DNA of 42,404 nt from a virus (taxonomy: Duplodnaviria; Caudoviricetes): the IMG/VR virus record IMGVR_UViG_3300032312_001204, positions 1-42,404 of that record, one strand, 5' to 3'. Each line of letters begins with the position of its first letter. The stretch's first letter is position 1. The translations under genes were made by a program, and so were the position numbers. The notes beneath the pieces are model-generated. The model was not told where the DNA came from. It searched no databases and saw nothing but the letters and a program-made list of their open reading frames with translations. Below are positions 20,703 through 30,353 of the stretch, piece after piece.

Positions 20703-20739
20703 TATTTATGGACCCATCTTTTAAAATTTAAAAATATAC

Positions 20740-21720
20740 ATGAGAGACATTACAAAAGAAAGAGTGGTTTATAAGCCATTTGAATACACTGAAGCACATG
20801 ACTTCTGGTTAAAACAACACCAAGCACATTGGTTACACACTGAAGTTCCAATGATGTCAGATGTAAATGATTGGAAACAAAATTTATCGGAAACAGAAAA
20901 AAACATTATAGGTTCTATTTTAAAAGGTTTTGCTCAAACTGAAACAGTAGTAAATGACTATTGGACAAATTTAGTAACATCTTGGTTTAGAAAACCTGAA
21001 ATCATTAAGATGGCTGTTACTTTTGGAGCATTTGAAACTATTCATGCTGAAGCTTATTCATTATTGAATGAAGAATTAGGATTAGATAATTTTTCTGAAT
21101 TTTTAGAAGATGAAGCTACAATGGCTAAGATTCAGGGATTAATGGATGTAAGAGATTCACACAATGGTGAAGCGGATTGGCATAAAAGAGCTAAATCATT
21201 AGCTATATTTTCAGCATTTACTGAAGGAGTTAATTTATTTTCATCATTTGCTATTTTATTATCATTTAAATTACAAAATAAATTAAAAGGAGTAGGACAG
21301 ATTGTAGAATGGTCAATCAGAGATGAATCATTACATTCTGAAGCTGGATGTTGGTTATTTAGACAATTAATGTCAGAAAAACCAGAATTAAACACACCTG
21401 AATTAAAAGAAGACATTAAACAAGCAGCTTTATTATCTTTAAAATTAGAATTAGACTTTATTGATAAAGTTTATAAAATGGGAGATTTGGAAGGATGTTC
21501 AAAATACGATTTAGTTAGCTTTATTAAATATAGAGTTAATACTAAAATGCAAGATTTAGGTTATGAGTCTATAGTAAATGGTATCGATGACGCCTCAATA
21601 AAAAGAATGAAATGGTTTGATAGTTTATCAGCTGGTAAACAACATACTGATTTCTTCGCATCAAGAGTAACAAATTATTCAAAAGGAGTTCAAAACTGGG
21701 ACGCAAACGATTTATTTTAA
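20740..21720 (+). CDS. nrdB: Ribonucleotide reductase class I, beta subunit
   Basis: ETIHAEAY, EGVNLFSSF, RDESLH, DFF di-metal motifs. Confidence 0.95.
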   Translation: MRDITKERVVYKPFEYTEAHDFWLKQHQAHWLHTEVPMMSDVNDWKQNLSETEKNIIGSILKGFAQTETVVNDYWTNLVTSWFRKPEIIKMAVTFGAFETIHAEAYSLLNEELGLDNFSEFLEDEATMAKIQGLMDVRDSHNGEADWHKRAKSLAIFSAFTEGVNLFSSFAILLSFKLQNKLKGVGQIVEWSIRDESLHSEAGCWLFRQLMSEKPELNTPELKEDIKQAALLSLKLELDFIDKVYKMGDLEGCSKYDLVSFIKYRVNTKMQDLGYESIVNGIDDASIKRMKWFDSLSAGKQHTDFFASRVTNYSKGVQNWDANDLF

Positions 21721-21723
21721 TAT

Positions 21724-23439
21724 ATGGACAATAACAGCTTAATATCAGATTACACACAATGGGAAAGAGGTAAAGACTATCCTGAATATTTCGACGAAAT
21801 ATCATTAGCAACAATTAGTAAGGGATACTTACTACCTGGAGAAACACCTAAAAAAGCATACAGAAGAGTATCAATAGCAGCTGCTATAAGATTAAACAGA
21901 CCTGATTTAGAGAATAAATTCTTTAAAATATTATGGAATGGTTGGTTAGGATTAGCATCTCCTGTATTATCAAACATGGGTACAGATAGAGGTTTACCTA
22001 TCTCATGTTTTGGTGTAGATACACCGGATTCTATACGAGGAATAGGATTAACTAACGCTGAACTGATGAAATTGACATCTGTTGGTGGAGGAGTAGGTAT
22101 TAGTTTATCTCGTATTAGACCACGTGGAAGAGAAATTAAAGGAAATGGTAAATCTGAAGGTGTAGTGCCTTGGGCTAAAATTTATGATTCAACTATCATT
22201 GCTACTAATCAGGGTAATGTAAGAAGAGGAGCAGCATCTGTTAATTTAGATATTAATCACGCAGATATTGATGAATTTTTAGAAATCAGAAGACCAAAAG
22301 GTGATCCAAATAGACAATGTTTAAATTTACATCAATGTGTTGTTGTAGACGATGTGTTTATGAGAAAATTAGAATCAAGAGACCAACCATCAATGGAACG
22401 TTGGGCTAAGGTTTTAAAAGCTAGAATGGAAACAGGAGAACCATACATTATGTTTAAGGATAATGTTAATAAAGCAAATCCTATCGCTTATATGATGAAT
22501 AATCTTGATGTTTCTATGACTAACATCTGTACTGAGATTACTTTACACACAGATGAAGAACATTCATTTATTTGTTGTTTATCTTCATTAAATTTAGCAA
22601 AATATGATGAATGGAAAGATACAGATACAGTTCAATTATCAATTTACTTCTTAGATGGGGTAATGCAAGAATTTATTGAAAAAACAAGTGGTAAAGAAAG
22701 TATGGTTAGAACTAATAACCACGCTAAAAAAGGTAGAGCATTAGGATTAGGAGTAATGGGATGGCATACATTCTTACAACAAAAAGGATTACCATTTAAT
22801 TCAATTGCTTCAACTGCCCATACTCACAATATTTTTAGTAAACTTAAACTAGAAGCAGAATCAGCTTCAAGACAATTAGCTGTAGAGTATGGAGAACCAT
22901 TATGGTGTAAAGGTACAGGAATGAGAAATACTCATTTATTAGCTATTGCTCCTACAGTATCAAACTCAGTAATTACAGGAGGTATTTCAGCAGGAATTGA
23001 GCCTTTACCAGCTAACATTTATACATTTAATGGAGCTAAAGGTACTTTTATTAGAAAAAATAAGGTACTTGAAAATATGCTAGAAGAAAAAGGAAAAAAT
23101 GAAGACAAATATTGGGATCAAATGTTAGCTGATAATGGTAGTGTTTTAGGATTACCTGATAATGTTTTATCACCTGATGAAAAAGAATTATTCTTAACAT
23201 TCCCTGAAATTAATCAGTTAGAATTAGTTAGACAAGCTGCTATTAGACAGAGATATATTGATCAAACTCAATCTTTAAATCTATCATTTGATCCTCAAGA
23301 TTCTCCAAAATGGATTAATCAAGTTCATATGGAAGCTCATAAATTAGGTATTAAAACACTTTATTATTTAAGAACAGACTCAGTAATTAAAGGTGATTTA
23401 GGTTCAAGACAAGCTGAATGTATTTCATGTGAAGGATAA
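21724..23439 (+). CDS. nrdA: Ribonucleotide reductase class I, alpha subunit (no ATP cone)
   Basis: ISCF, TNICTEI, CCLSS, AIAPT, KTLYY, C-terminal CISCEG. Confidence 0.95.
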   Translation: MDNNSLISDYTQWERGKDYPEYFDEISLATISKGYLLPGETPKKAYRRVSIAAAIRLNRPDLENKFFKILWNGWLGLASPVLSNMGTDRGLPISCFGVDTPDSIRGIGLTNAELMKLTSVGGGVGISLSRIRPRGREIKGNGKSEGVVPWAKIYDSTIIATNQGNVRRGAASVNLDINHADIDEFLEIRRPKGDPNRQCLNLHQCVVVDDVFMRKLESRDQPSMERWAKVLKARMETGEPYIMFKDNVNKANPIAYMMNNLDVSMTNICTEITLHTDEEHSFICCLSSLNLAKYDEWKDTDTVQLSIYFLDGVMQEFIEKTSGKESMVRTNNHAKKGRALGLGVMGWHTFLQQKGLPFNSIASTAHTHNIFSKLKLEAESASRQLAVEYGEPLWCKGTGMRNTHLLAIAPTVSNSVITGGISAGIEPLPANIYTFNGAKGTFIRKNKVLENMLEEKGKNEDKYWDQMLADNGSVLGLPDNVLSPDEKELFLTFPEINQLELVRQAAIRQRYIDQTQSLNLSFDPQDSPKWINQVHMEAHKLGIKTLYYLRTDSVIKGDLGSRQAECISCEG

Positions 23440-23462
23440 AATAAATTAAAATTTTTAAAAAT

Positions 23463-23486
23463 AAAGCCCCTATATTAGGGGCTTTT
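23463..23486 (+). terminator. Terminator after nrdA
   Basis: AAAGCCCCTA/TAGGGGCTTT inverted repeat. Confidence 0.75.
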
Positions 23487-23552
23487 AATATTTATCACAA
23501 AATAACGTTTTATTAATTAGGTTACATAAATCATTAACTTAACAACAATATT

Positions 23553-23804
23553 ATGGGATTTTTCAGTATTTTTAAAAAATCAAATGATTACAATGAAAAA
23601 GTTGTAATTGGATTCATGTCATTTATGGTAATGGTTATTGCGATTGCAGTAGACCTTATTACAGGGTACATGGGTAAAGCGTTAGAATTAAACGAGTACA
23701 TCTTTGATGCATTCATGTACATCACATTAGGTTCATTCCTTCCAGATGTATTAGAGAAATTTGCAGCAATGAAAAACGGAGGTAAAACAAATAACGAAGA
23801 ATAA
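23553..23804 (+). CDS. Small two-TM membrane protein (holin/antiholin candidate)
   Basis: Two hydrophobic segments; immediately precedes the endolysin. Confidence 0.55.
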   Translation: MGFFSIFKKSNDYNEKVVIGFMSFMVMVIAIAVDLITGYMGKALELNEYIFDAFMYITLGSFLPDVLEKFAAMKNGGKTNNEE

Positions 23805-23806
23805 TT

Positions 23807-24418
23807 ATGAGCTTAAAAAGTTTACAAGAAAAGATCGGAGTAGCTGCAGATGGAGCATTTGGTCCTGGAACAATGAAAAAAGCAATGGAGTTTTATAAAT
23901 TAACTCCTGTAAGAGCAGCGCATTTCTTTGCTCAAACTGCACATGAAACAGGTGGTTTTAAAGCTTTCTCAGAAAACTTAAACTACTCAGCACAAGGATT
24001 ACAAGGTATCTTTGGAAAATATTTTCCTGGTAACTTAGAAGAATCTTACGCTAGAAATCCTGAAAAAATTGCTAACAGAGTTTACGCATCTAGAATGGGT
24101 AATGGAGCAGAAGCATCAGGAGATGGTTTTAAATTTAGAGGAAGAGGTGCTCTTCAATTAACTGGAAAAGACAATTATAAAGCCTTTTCAGATTATTTGA
24201 AAAAACCAGAAATTATGACTAATCCAGATCTAGTAGCAACGACTTATTCTTTTGAATCAGCAATGTTCTTCTTTGACAAAAATAAATTGTGGTCAATTTG
24301 TGATCAAGGAGTAAATGATGCTTCTATCTTAGCTCTTACGAAAAGAATTAACGGTGGTACTCACGGATTAGCAGATCGTTCAGAAAAAACTAAAAAGTAC
24401 TACGAATACGTTAAATAG
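23807..24418 (+). CDS. Endolysin, glycoside hydrolase family 19, with a short N-terminal PG-binding-like motif
   Basis: LQ..IGV.ADG.FGPGT; AHFFAQTAHETGG; FRGRGALQLTGKDNY; TKRINGG. Confidence 0.92.
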   Translation: MSLKSLQEKIGVAADGAFGPGTMKKAMEFYKLTPVRAAHFFAQTAHETGGFKAFSENLNYSAQGLQGIFGKYFPGNLEESYARNPEKIANRVYASRMGNGAEASGDGFKFRGRGALQLTGKDNYKAFSDYLKKPEIMTNPDLVATTYSFESAMFFFDKNKLWSICDQGVNDASILALTKRINGGTHGLADRSEKTKKYYEYVK

Positions 24419-24429
24419 TTAAACATAAG

Positions 24430-24855
24430 ATGAAGACTTCACTTTTAATTACATTATCATTGACAACAGCTTGCGCATTTATAGGTTCATACTTTATGAA
24501 TCTAACAGCAGATAACATCGAACAATACCTTTCAGTAGCATTTGTAATATTTGCTGATGGGTTCTTTGGTGTGTGGGCTGGAGTTAAAAGAGAAGGATTC
24601 AGAACATATAAAGCATTAAGTGTACTAAAAACATTTATATTTTGGATAGTAATGCTTTCAGCTATATTAACAATAGAAAAAGGATTCACTGGAACATCAT
24701 GGTTAAGTGAGACAATTATGGCTCCATTCTTGGTATTCCAGTTAATCTCTATTCTAAAAAATGCCTCAATGGTAGGAGTAGTTAAAAATGAACTGCTAAC
24801 ACAAATACTAGATAAACTAGACAAACATAAAGGAGATAGAGATGTTACAAAATAA
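24430..24855 (+). CDS. Holin-like multi-TM protein
   Basis: 3-4 TM segments; D...G.W, ..SILKN...G pattern; charged C-terminus; follows the endolysin. Confidence 0.7.
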   Translation: MKTSLLITLSLTTACAFIGSYFMNLTADNIEQYLSVAFVIFADGFFGVWAGVKREGFRTYKALSVLKTFIFWIVMLSAILTIEKGFTGTSWLSETIMAPFLVFQLISILKNASMVGVVKNELLTQILDKLDKHKGDRDVTK

Positions 24856-25195
24856 ACAAAACATTTTATTGGTTATAGTAATTGTATTAATAGGTTATAA
24901 TATATTTACTACAAACAGTATTAGAACAGACGTTAAAGGATATGAAACTAGAATAGACTCAGTTCAAACAAAAATAGATTCAGCACAAGTAATCAATAAA
25001 CAAATCGATGTTAAAATTGATTCAGTAAAAGAGAATGTAGTTTCTATCACAAAAGAAATACACCATATAGATAATACCATAACAATTGTAAAAAAACAAA
25101 CAGATGAAAAAATTAATACTGTTGATAAGTTTTCTAACGCTGAGCTTGAATTCTTTTTCACAAACAGATACAACGAAAGTAACACTACCAACTAA
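24842..25195 (+). CDS. Inner-membrane spanin-like protein
   Basis: Single N-terminal TM followed by coiled coil; in the lysis cassette. Confidence 0.55.
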   Translation: MLQNKQNILLVIVIVLIGYNIFTTNSIRTDVKGYETRIDSVQTKIDSAQVINKQIDVKIDSVKENVVSITKEIHHIDNTITIVKKQTDEKINTVDKFSNAELEFFFTNRYNESNTTN

Positions 25196-25502
25196 AGTAG
25201 TAAGACTAGCAGCAAAAGATTTAGTTCGCTATGATGGTTGTAAAGTAGAATTAAAACTTACTCAAGAAAAAGTTATTAAACTGCAAGAAAGAGAAGTACA
25301 AAAAGATACTATTATTAGTTTACTAACTGATAAAGATAAAAACAATCAATATATTATTAGTCAAAAAGATGTTCAAATTGGAGAATATAAAGGTATGACT
25401 GATGATTTAAAGAAAGAATTAAAAGGACAGAGAAACAAAACATTTTGGTATAAAGTGTTAGCCTTTGTAAGTTTATCTACTACATTATATTTCGCAAAAT
25501 AA
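25104..25502 (+). CDS. Spanin-like partner (signal peptide, coiled coil, C-terminal hydrophobic tail)
   Basis: Overlaps the previous gene by 92 nt in another frame; MKKLILLISFLTLSLNSFS-Q. Confidence 0.5.
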   Translation: MKKLILLISFLTLSLNSFSQTDTTKVTLPTKVVRLAAKDLVRYDGCKVELKLTQEKVIKLQEREVQKDTIISLLTDKDKNNQYIISQKDVQIGEYKGMTDDLKKELKGQRNKTFWYKVLAFVSLSTTLYFAK

Positions 25503-25503
25503 G

Positions 25504-25535
25504 TTTGGCTTCCTAGGAAGCCTTTTTTATATTAC
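25504..25535 (+). promoter_or_regulatory. Terminator hairpin fused with a -33/-7 promoter
   Basis: GGCTTCC/GGAAGCC plus T6; TTTG-N20-TATATTAC. Confidence 0.7.
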
Positions 25536-25551
25536 CGTCAAAATAAAAGTT

Positions 25552-26067
25552 ATGATATACAACCCACCACTTACTGAAGCTCAATTAGAAATCCAATTTA
25601 AAAAGTTACGTAAATTAAATTACAATGCTTTTAGATGGTGGAGAATGTATGATGATCCTAAACCAGCATTACCCAAACAATCCCAACTGATAGACAGGAT
25701 AAAAAATGGTGATTTTAATTACTCTCATTACAATTACCAAGCTATGTGGTGTGAGCATGAGATGAATAAAATCCATAATAAATATGGTTTTGAAGATATG
25801 GGTCGTTATGTAGAAGAAACTTCATTATTACGTTCTAGAAGAAAACGTTTATTAGAAGATCATTATAAAGAAGAAGATAATAGATTAGAGTCAATTACTA
25901 TTGAATTATCTAAAGCCTTTAGAATTACCAAAGATGAAGTAAAAGTATTTATGGAAGAGTTTGGAGGTACGCTAGAAGAATTATACATTCACTTAGAACA
26001 AAAATTTCCTTATAATAAATTTTATTTACCAAAATCATTAAAACATTTACAATCACGTTATGATTAA
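25552..26067 (+). CDS. Hypothetical protein
   Basis: 171-aa ORF after a promoter; overlaps the next gene start. Confidence 0.7.
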   Translation: MIYNPPLTEAQLEIQFKKLRKLNYNAFRWWRMYDDPKPALPKQSQLIDRIKNGDFNYSHYNYQAMWCEHEMNKIHNKYGFEDMGRYVEETSLLRSRRKRLLEDHYKEEDNRLESITIELSKAFRITKDEVKVFMEEFGGTLEELYIHLEQKFPYNKFYLPKSLKHLQSRYD

Positions 26068-26848
26068 AATTTCACACGAATTACCGCTTAGTCTACTTCC
26101 TTACAGTTCAGACTGGAATGATTACGAATATTGTTTACCTCACTTGCTAGATAAACATGAAGATTATAGACAATTTTTCTTAGATTCAAGAGAAAGAGAT
26201 AGATTCATTATCATGGATAATGGTTTATTTGAAGGAGTAAAACATACTGTTCAAGATCTATTAGATAAAATTGATTTGATCCAACCTAATATTTTTATTG
26301 TTCCGGATGAATGGAATGAAAGAGATATCACAGCTAAAAATGCCAAACATTGGACTCAGTACAAATTGCCATTTAAAACCAAATTAATGGTAGTACTGCA
26401 AGGTAAAACCGTAAATGAAATACATACATTGTACCAACAATGTGTAGATTTAGGTTATACTCATTTTGCTTTTAATCATTCTTCTGTTGTGTATCAAGAA
26501 TTAGGAGGATCTGAAAATAAATTAGCTAATCAATCAGTTGGAAGAGTATTATTAATACAATATCTACTAACACAAAATGTTATTAAAGATCATCATTACA
26601 TTCACTTATTAGGAGCATCTACTCCACAAGAATTTACTTACTATAGAGATGCTCAACCAAACCTAGTTAATTCAGTTGATACCTCTAATCCAATCATTTG
26701 TGGTGCTTTAGGTATAAGATATGGTGAAGTAGGATTGTTAGATAAACCTTCTAATAAAATAGAAGAATTTATGGAACAAAATCTTGAAGACAAATTAGAA
26801 GATATAATATTTAATGTCAACGCATTTAAAAACTTTTGCAACAAATAA
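26060..26848 (+). CDS. tRNA-guanine-transglycosylase-like TIM barrel (DpdA-like candidate)
   Basis: IIMDNGLFE (cf. TGT DSGG), IVPD, VVLQG, IHLLG and SVDTS occur in TGT order; queC is in the same window. Confidence 0.6.
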   Translation: MIKISHELPLSLLPYSSDWNDYEYCLPHLLDKHEDYRQFFLDSRERDRFIIMDNGLFEGVKHTVQDLLDKIDLIQPNIFIVPDEWNERDITAKNAKHWTQYKLPFKTKLMVVLQGKTVNEIHTLYQQCVDLGYTHFAFNHSSVVYQELGGSENKLANQSVGRVLLIQYLLTQNVIKDHHYIHLLGASTPQEFTYYRDAQPNLVNSVDTSNPIICGALGIRYGEVGLLDKPSNKIEEFMEQNLEDKLEDIIFNVNAFKNFCNK

Positions 26849-26849
26849 C

Positions 26850-27428
26850 ATGAAAAAAATATTATTTTTACTTTTATTACCATTATTATCTTTTAGTCAG
26901 TTAAGAGATAGTGTTTATGTAAAAACTGACATTTACGAAGTAATGTATTCTGAGACATTAGAACAACCTCTTTGGGTTAAATATCAAGTGGCTTGTACTG
27001 GAGCTGGAGCATCTAGAAAAGGAATGGACTTTTATGTTGATAAAAATATCCATACTTCAGATGCTAAAGATTATGTAAATAATGTTTATGATAAAGGACA
27101 TTGCGCTCCCGCGGCTGATTTTAATTGCACTAGAGAAATGTTATTTAAAACATTTTCATATTTAAACTGTACACTCCAAAATGAAAAATTAAATAGAGTT
27201 CATTGGAGGTTATTAGAAGATTATGAAAGATTATTAGCATTTGTAGAAGGACCAGTAAATGTTGAAATAAAAATAGTATTTGATAAAATTCCACAACGAG
27301 TACCAGCTGGAGCAGCTATTCCATCAGCTTTCTATAAAATTATAAAAACTAAAACCAAAACTATTAAATTTTACTTTAAAAATGAGCCACCTACAAAAGC
27401 AACATTTGTAGATTATCAAATAAGGTAA
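26850..27428 (+). CDS. Exported DNA/RNA non-specific endonuclease (NucA/Serratia family)
   Basis: Start at ATG 26850 gives signal peptide MKKILFLLLLPLLSFS-Q; P.WV.Y, YDKGH..P.AD, TF...N...Q...LN...W..LE, IPS.FYK. Confidence 0.88.
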   Translation: MKKILFLLLLPLLSFSQLRDSVYVKTDIYEVMYSETLEQPLWVKYQVACTGAGASRKGMDFYVDKNIHTSDAKDYVNNVYDKGHCAPAADFNCTREMLFKTFSYLNCTLQNEKLNRVHWRLLEDYERLLAFVEGPVNVEIKIVFDKIPQRVPAGAAIPSAFYKIIKTKTKTIKFYFKNEPPTKATFVDYQIR

Positions 27429-27441
27429 ATATTTATATGAA

Positions 27442-28443
27442 ATGAAATTCATTCTCCAACATATTATAAAATTGTTATACCCTCTACTAATAATAGGGGG
27501 TATTTTGTCTACATACGGTCAAACCTTTACACACTCTGGTTATATCTACGGTTCAAATGCTACAGGCATACAAGGTGTACCGGTATACCTTTATAGTAGA
27601 ACAACACCTACTTTAACAGGATTTACAAACCAGCAAAACTATAACGGGCATTCTTACTATAGGTCAACAAGTTCAATGACATGGACAGCCGCAAGACAGG
27701 CTTGTGCTAATATGGGCGGGTATTTAGTAACTGTAACTACAGCGGCTGAAAATAACTTTATATATAGTTTATGGTCTGATGGATGGATAGGATTAACAGA
27801 TGAAGTAGTAGAAGGACAATGGAGATGGGTAACAGGAGAGCCGTACACTTGGTCAAACTGGAACTCTGGTGAACCAAATAATGCTGGTAATGAAGACTAT
27901 ATTCAATTTGTTGGTAATGGTAAATGGAATGATTTACCTAATGTAGCGTTACCTTATGTATTAGAATTTGATTATATAGTAACTTTCACACCCTGGACTT
28001 TACTAACAACAGCTACAACAGATATAACAGGAAGGTATGTATTTTCAACACCAACAAATCCTTCTGTAGAATATTATATAACATTTACTCCTCCAACTTT
28101 ACCTACATTACAAATAAGTGATGCTCAAGTTTCAAACACTGTAGCGTTAGGATCACTAGCTTTAAAAAGTAGAGATTACTTTAGATTTGATATTAATAAT
28201 GATGGAAGAGTAACAATATCTGATACTTATTCAATATTTGCTAGAAGAAGAGGATTAATAAGTTCATTTATAGCATCACCTCCAGATAGTAGAATATTTA
28301 CAACAACTCAATGGAGTACAATTAATGCAAGTACAGCAAACCTGAAAGTATCATTTCCAGGGGTACAGTCAATAACAATAAACAATCCTGTATCAGGAGG
28401 AGTTTCATCTTACTATATTACAAGACTAGGATATAGTAACTAA
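27442..28443 (+). CDS. Exported C-type lectin plus dockerin-like domain protein
   Basis: Signal peptide; C-type lectin motifs W..A...C...GG.L, WIGL, EPN, WND; C-terminal DINNDGRVTISD. Confidence 0.8.
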   Translation: MKFILQHIIKLLYPLLIIGGILSTYGQTFTHSGYIYGSNATGIQGVPVYLYSRTTPTLTGFTNQQNYNGHSYYRSTSSMTWTAARQACANMGGYLVTVTTAAENNFIYSLWSDGWIGLTDEVVEGQWRWVTGEPYTWSNWNSGEPNNAGNEDYIQFVGNGKWNDLPNVALPYVLEFDYIVTFTPWTLLTTATTDITGRYVFSTPTNPSVEYYITFTPPTLPTLQISDAQVSNTVALGSLALKSRDYFRFDINNDGRVTISDTYSIFARRRGLISSFIASPPDSRIFTTTQWSTINASTANLKVSFPGVQSITINNPVSGGVSSYYITRLGYSN

Positions 28444-28524
28444 AAAAATTAAATATTTATTACAAGGTATGAGAGTGTAACACTCCTGGTTATATAAACT
28501 ATTAATTATAAAACAAAAAAAGAA

Positions 28525-29616
28525 ATGAAAAAATTACTTTTAGTTTTAAGTTTAGTTTTAGTGTCATTAACAGGATTTGCACAAACTACCGCGCCTGATG
28601 CTACTAAGCCTTACTTAATCTTTGACGCTAGTTACAATCTAGCACCAATTGGAGCAACACCTACAAACGTTGCGATTTATTATGATAATGCTGGTTCTAC
28701 AGCTATCAAAGCAGTACAGTACAGATTTTGGTATGACAAAAACGTATTTGCTTCTCCAACAGTAACTTATACAGGAACTGAAACAAACCATTATTTCCAG
28801 ACATTAGTAAATGCTACTGAAGGAAATGTAACAGTTACATGGGTTTACACGGGAGCAGATGCTGCTTTCAATATTGCTGACGGAGTAATGTTCAATGTAG
28901 CTTTACCATTTAAAGCCGGTTATACTAACGGAGCAGTGACCGCTATGGCATTTACAGGAGCAACAGCTTATCCTGCTTATGGTACTCTAGCAAATGGAAC
29001 TGATACTACATTAGGGTTACAAAATTATGGTGGAGCGTTTACAGAACCAGTATTTAACTATGCCGCTACATTCTTAAATAATCCAACTAACCCAGCTTCA
29101 GATGTACCAGTTGTATTACAAAAATCTTCAAATGGAACAACTTGGGTAGATGTAATGACTGTTAACACAGCAGCTGCGACAGGAGTAGCTTCATTTACAA
29201 CTAACTTAGATCAAAACTACTGGCAAATTAGAGTTAAAGTAAATCCAGGTCTTACAGCACCAGATGCTTTATCTGCTGCAGATGCTGATATGATGGCTCA
29301 ACTTGCTACAGGATTACAAACACCAACTGGAATCCAATTCTACACTGCTAACCCTAACCAAGCAAATGGAATTACAATTTCAGATTCATATACATTATTT
29401 TCTAGATTAGCTCAAGGTTTAACAACTTACCCTAACAACCCAGATGTATTATTCTTTACAGAAGCTCAATACACTCAAATTGCAGCTGCTACAACAAGTT
29501 TATCAGCTACAATTCCAGGGGTATCAACATTTACTTCAGCTAATATTAATAATACAACAGCTGCTAATTACTATCTGTTAGTATTAGGAGACGCAAACGG
29601 AACAGGACGTAATTAA
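28525..29616 (+). CDS. Exported cohesin-like plus dockerin-like domain protein
   Basis: Signal peptide GFA-Q; N-terminal AIKAVQYRFWYDKNVF cohesin-like strand; C-terminal domain alignable to that of 27442..28443; ends LGDANG. Confidence 0.65.
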   Translation: MKKLLLVLSLVLVSLTGFAQTTAPDATKPYLIFDASYNLAPIGATPTNVAIYYDNAGSTAIKAVQYRFWYDKNVFASPTVTYTGTETNHYFQTLVNATEGNVTVTWVYTGADAAFNIADGVMFNVALPFKAGYTNGAVTAMAFTGATAYPAYGTLANGTDTTLGLQNYGGAFTEPVFNYAATFLNNPTNPASDVPVVLQKSSNGTTWVDVMTVNTAAATGVASFTTNLDQNYWQIRVKVNPGLTAPDALSAADADMMAQLATGLQTPTGIQFYTANPNQANGITISDSYTLFSRLAQGLTTYPNNPDVLFFTEAQYTQIAAATTSLSATIPGVSTFTSANINNTTAANYYLLVLGDANGTGRN

Positions 29617-29617
29617 C

Positions 29618-30349
29618 ATGTTACGCTATATAATCATAGCACTGTTATCATTAAATTCACTATACTCCCAGGTACAATTTCAAGTACCTGGGATTACAGT
29701 GTCTCCATCTAATACTATAGATCTTCCTGTAATTATCCAAACAAATGGAAATGGAGTAGGGAGTTTAGAATTTGCTTTAAATTATGATCAAAGTATTTTA
29801 CAATTCTCAGAAATAATATTATCTGAAAAAGCACAGACTTGGCTAACCTATACAATGGATACAGGTAATGGAAAAGTAAGATGGGGAGGATATGATAAAA
29901 CACATGGACAATATACTGTGACAGCTCCAACAGAATTATTTATATTAAAATTTACAGTACTTAATCCTAACTGGACTACAACTCCTATAACAATAGGAAG
30001 AAAAACAGCAGGAGATGTACAAGGATGGGATATAGCTGTAACTAATACAAACGGATATGTTAATATGAACAAAAATGCCGCTCCTTTAGATGAAGATGGT
30101 ATTAATGGTAAAGCCTATCCTGTACCTACAAATGATATTGTAACAGTAGATTTATCTCTTCCAGTAAGCGGGGATTATAACATAATAATATACAATCTAA
30201 ATGGTAATGTTTTACAAAACAAAAAACAACGTTTTGTAAAAGGAGATAATTCAATTCAAGAAAATTTACAATCTTACCCTAGTGGTATCTATTTATTACA
30301 AATAACAAATACTAAATTTGTTAAAACATTTAAACTTATAAAAAATTAA
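29618..30349 (+). CDS. Cohesin-like domain plus type IX secretion (type A) C-terminal sorting domain
   Basis: VGSLEFALNYDQSILQF; CTD motifs AYPVPT, IYNLNG, SGIYLLQI, KTFKLIK. Confidence 0.85.
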   Translation: MLRYIIIALLSLNSLYSQVQFQVPGITVSPSNTIDLPVIIQTNGNGVGSLEFALNYDQSILQFSEIILSEKAQTWLTYTMDTGNGKVRWGGYDKTHGQYTVTAPTELFILKFTVLNPNWTTTPITIGRKTAGDVQGWDIAVTNTNGYVNMNKNAAPLDEDGINGKAYPVPTNDIVTVDLSLPVSGDYNIIIYNLNGNVLQNKKQRFVKGDNSIQENLQSYPSGIYLLQITNTKFVKTFKLIKN

Positions 30350-30353
30350 AACC

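Noticed and set aside
27442-28443. Diversity-generating retroelement target
   Set aside because: No reverse transcriptase or template/variable repeat pair in the window, and the lectin is an internal EPN-type domain
28473-28485. Palindrome GAGTGT-A-ACACTC as an operator
   Set aside because: Single occurrence with no regulator nearby; could be a small 5' hairpin; insufficient support
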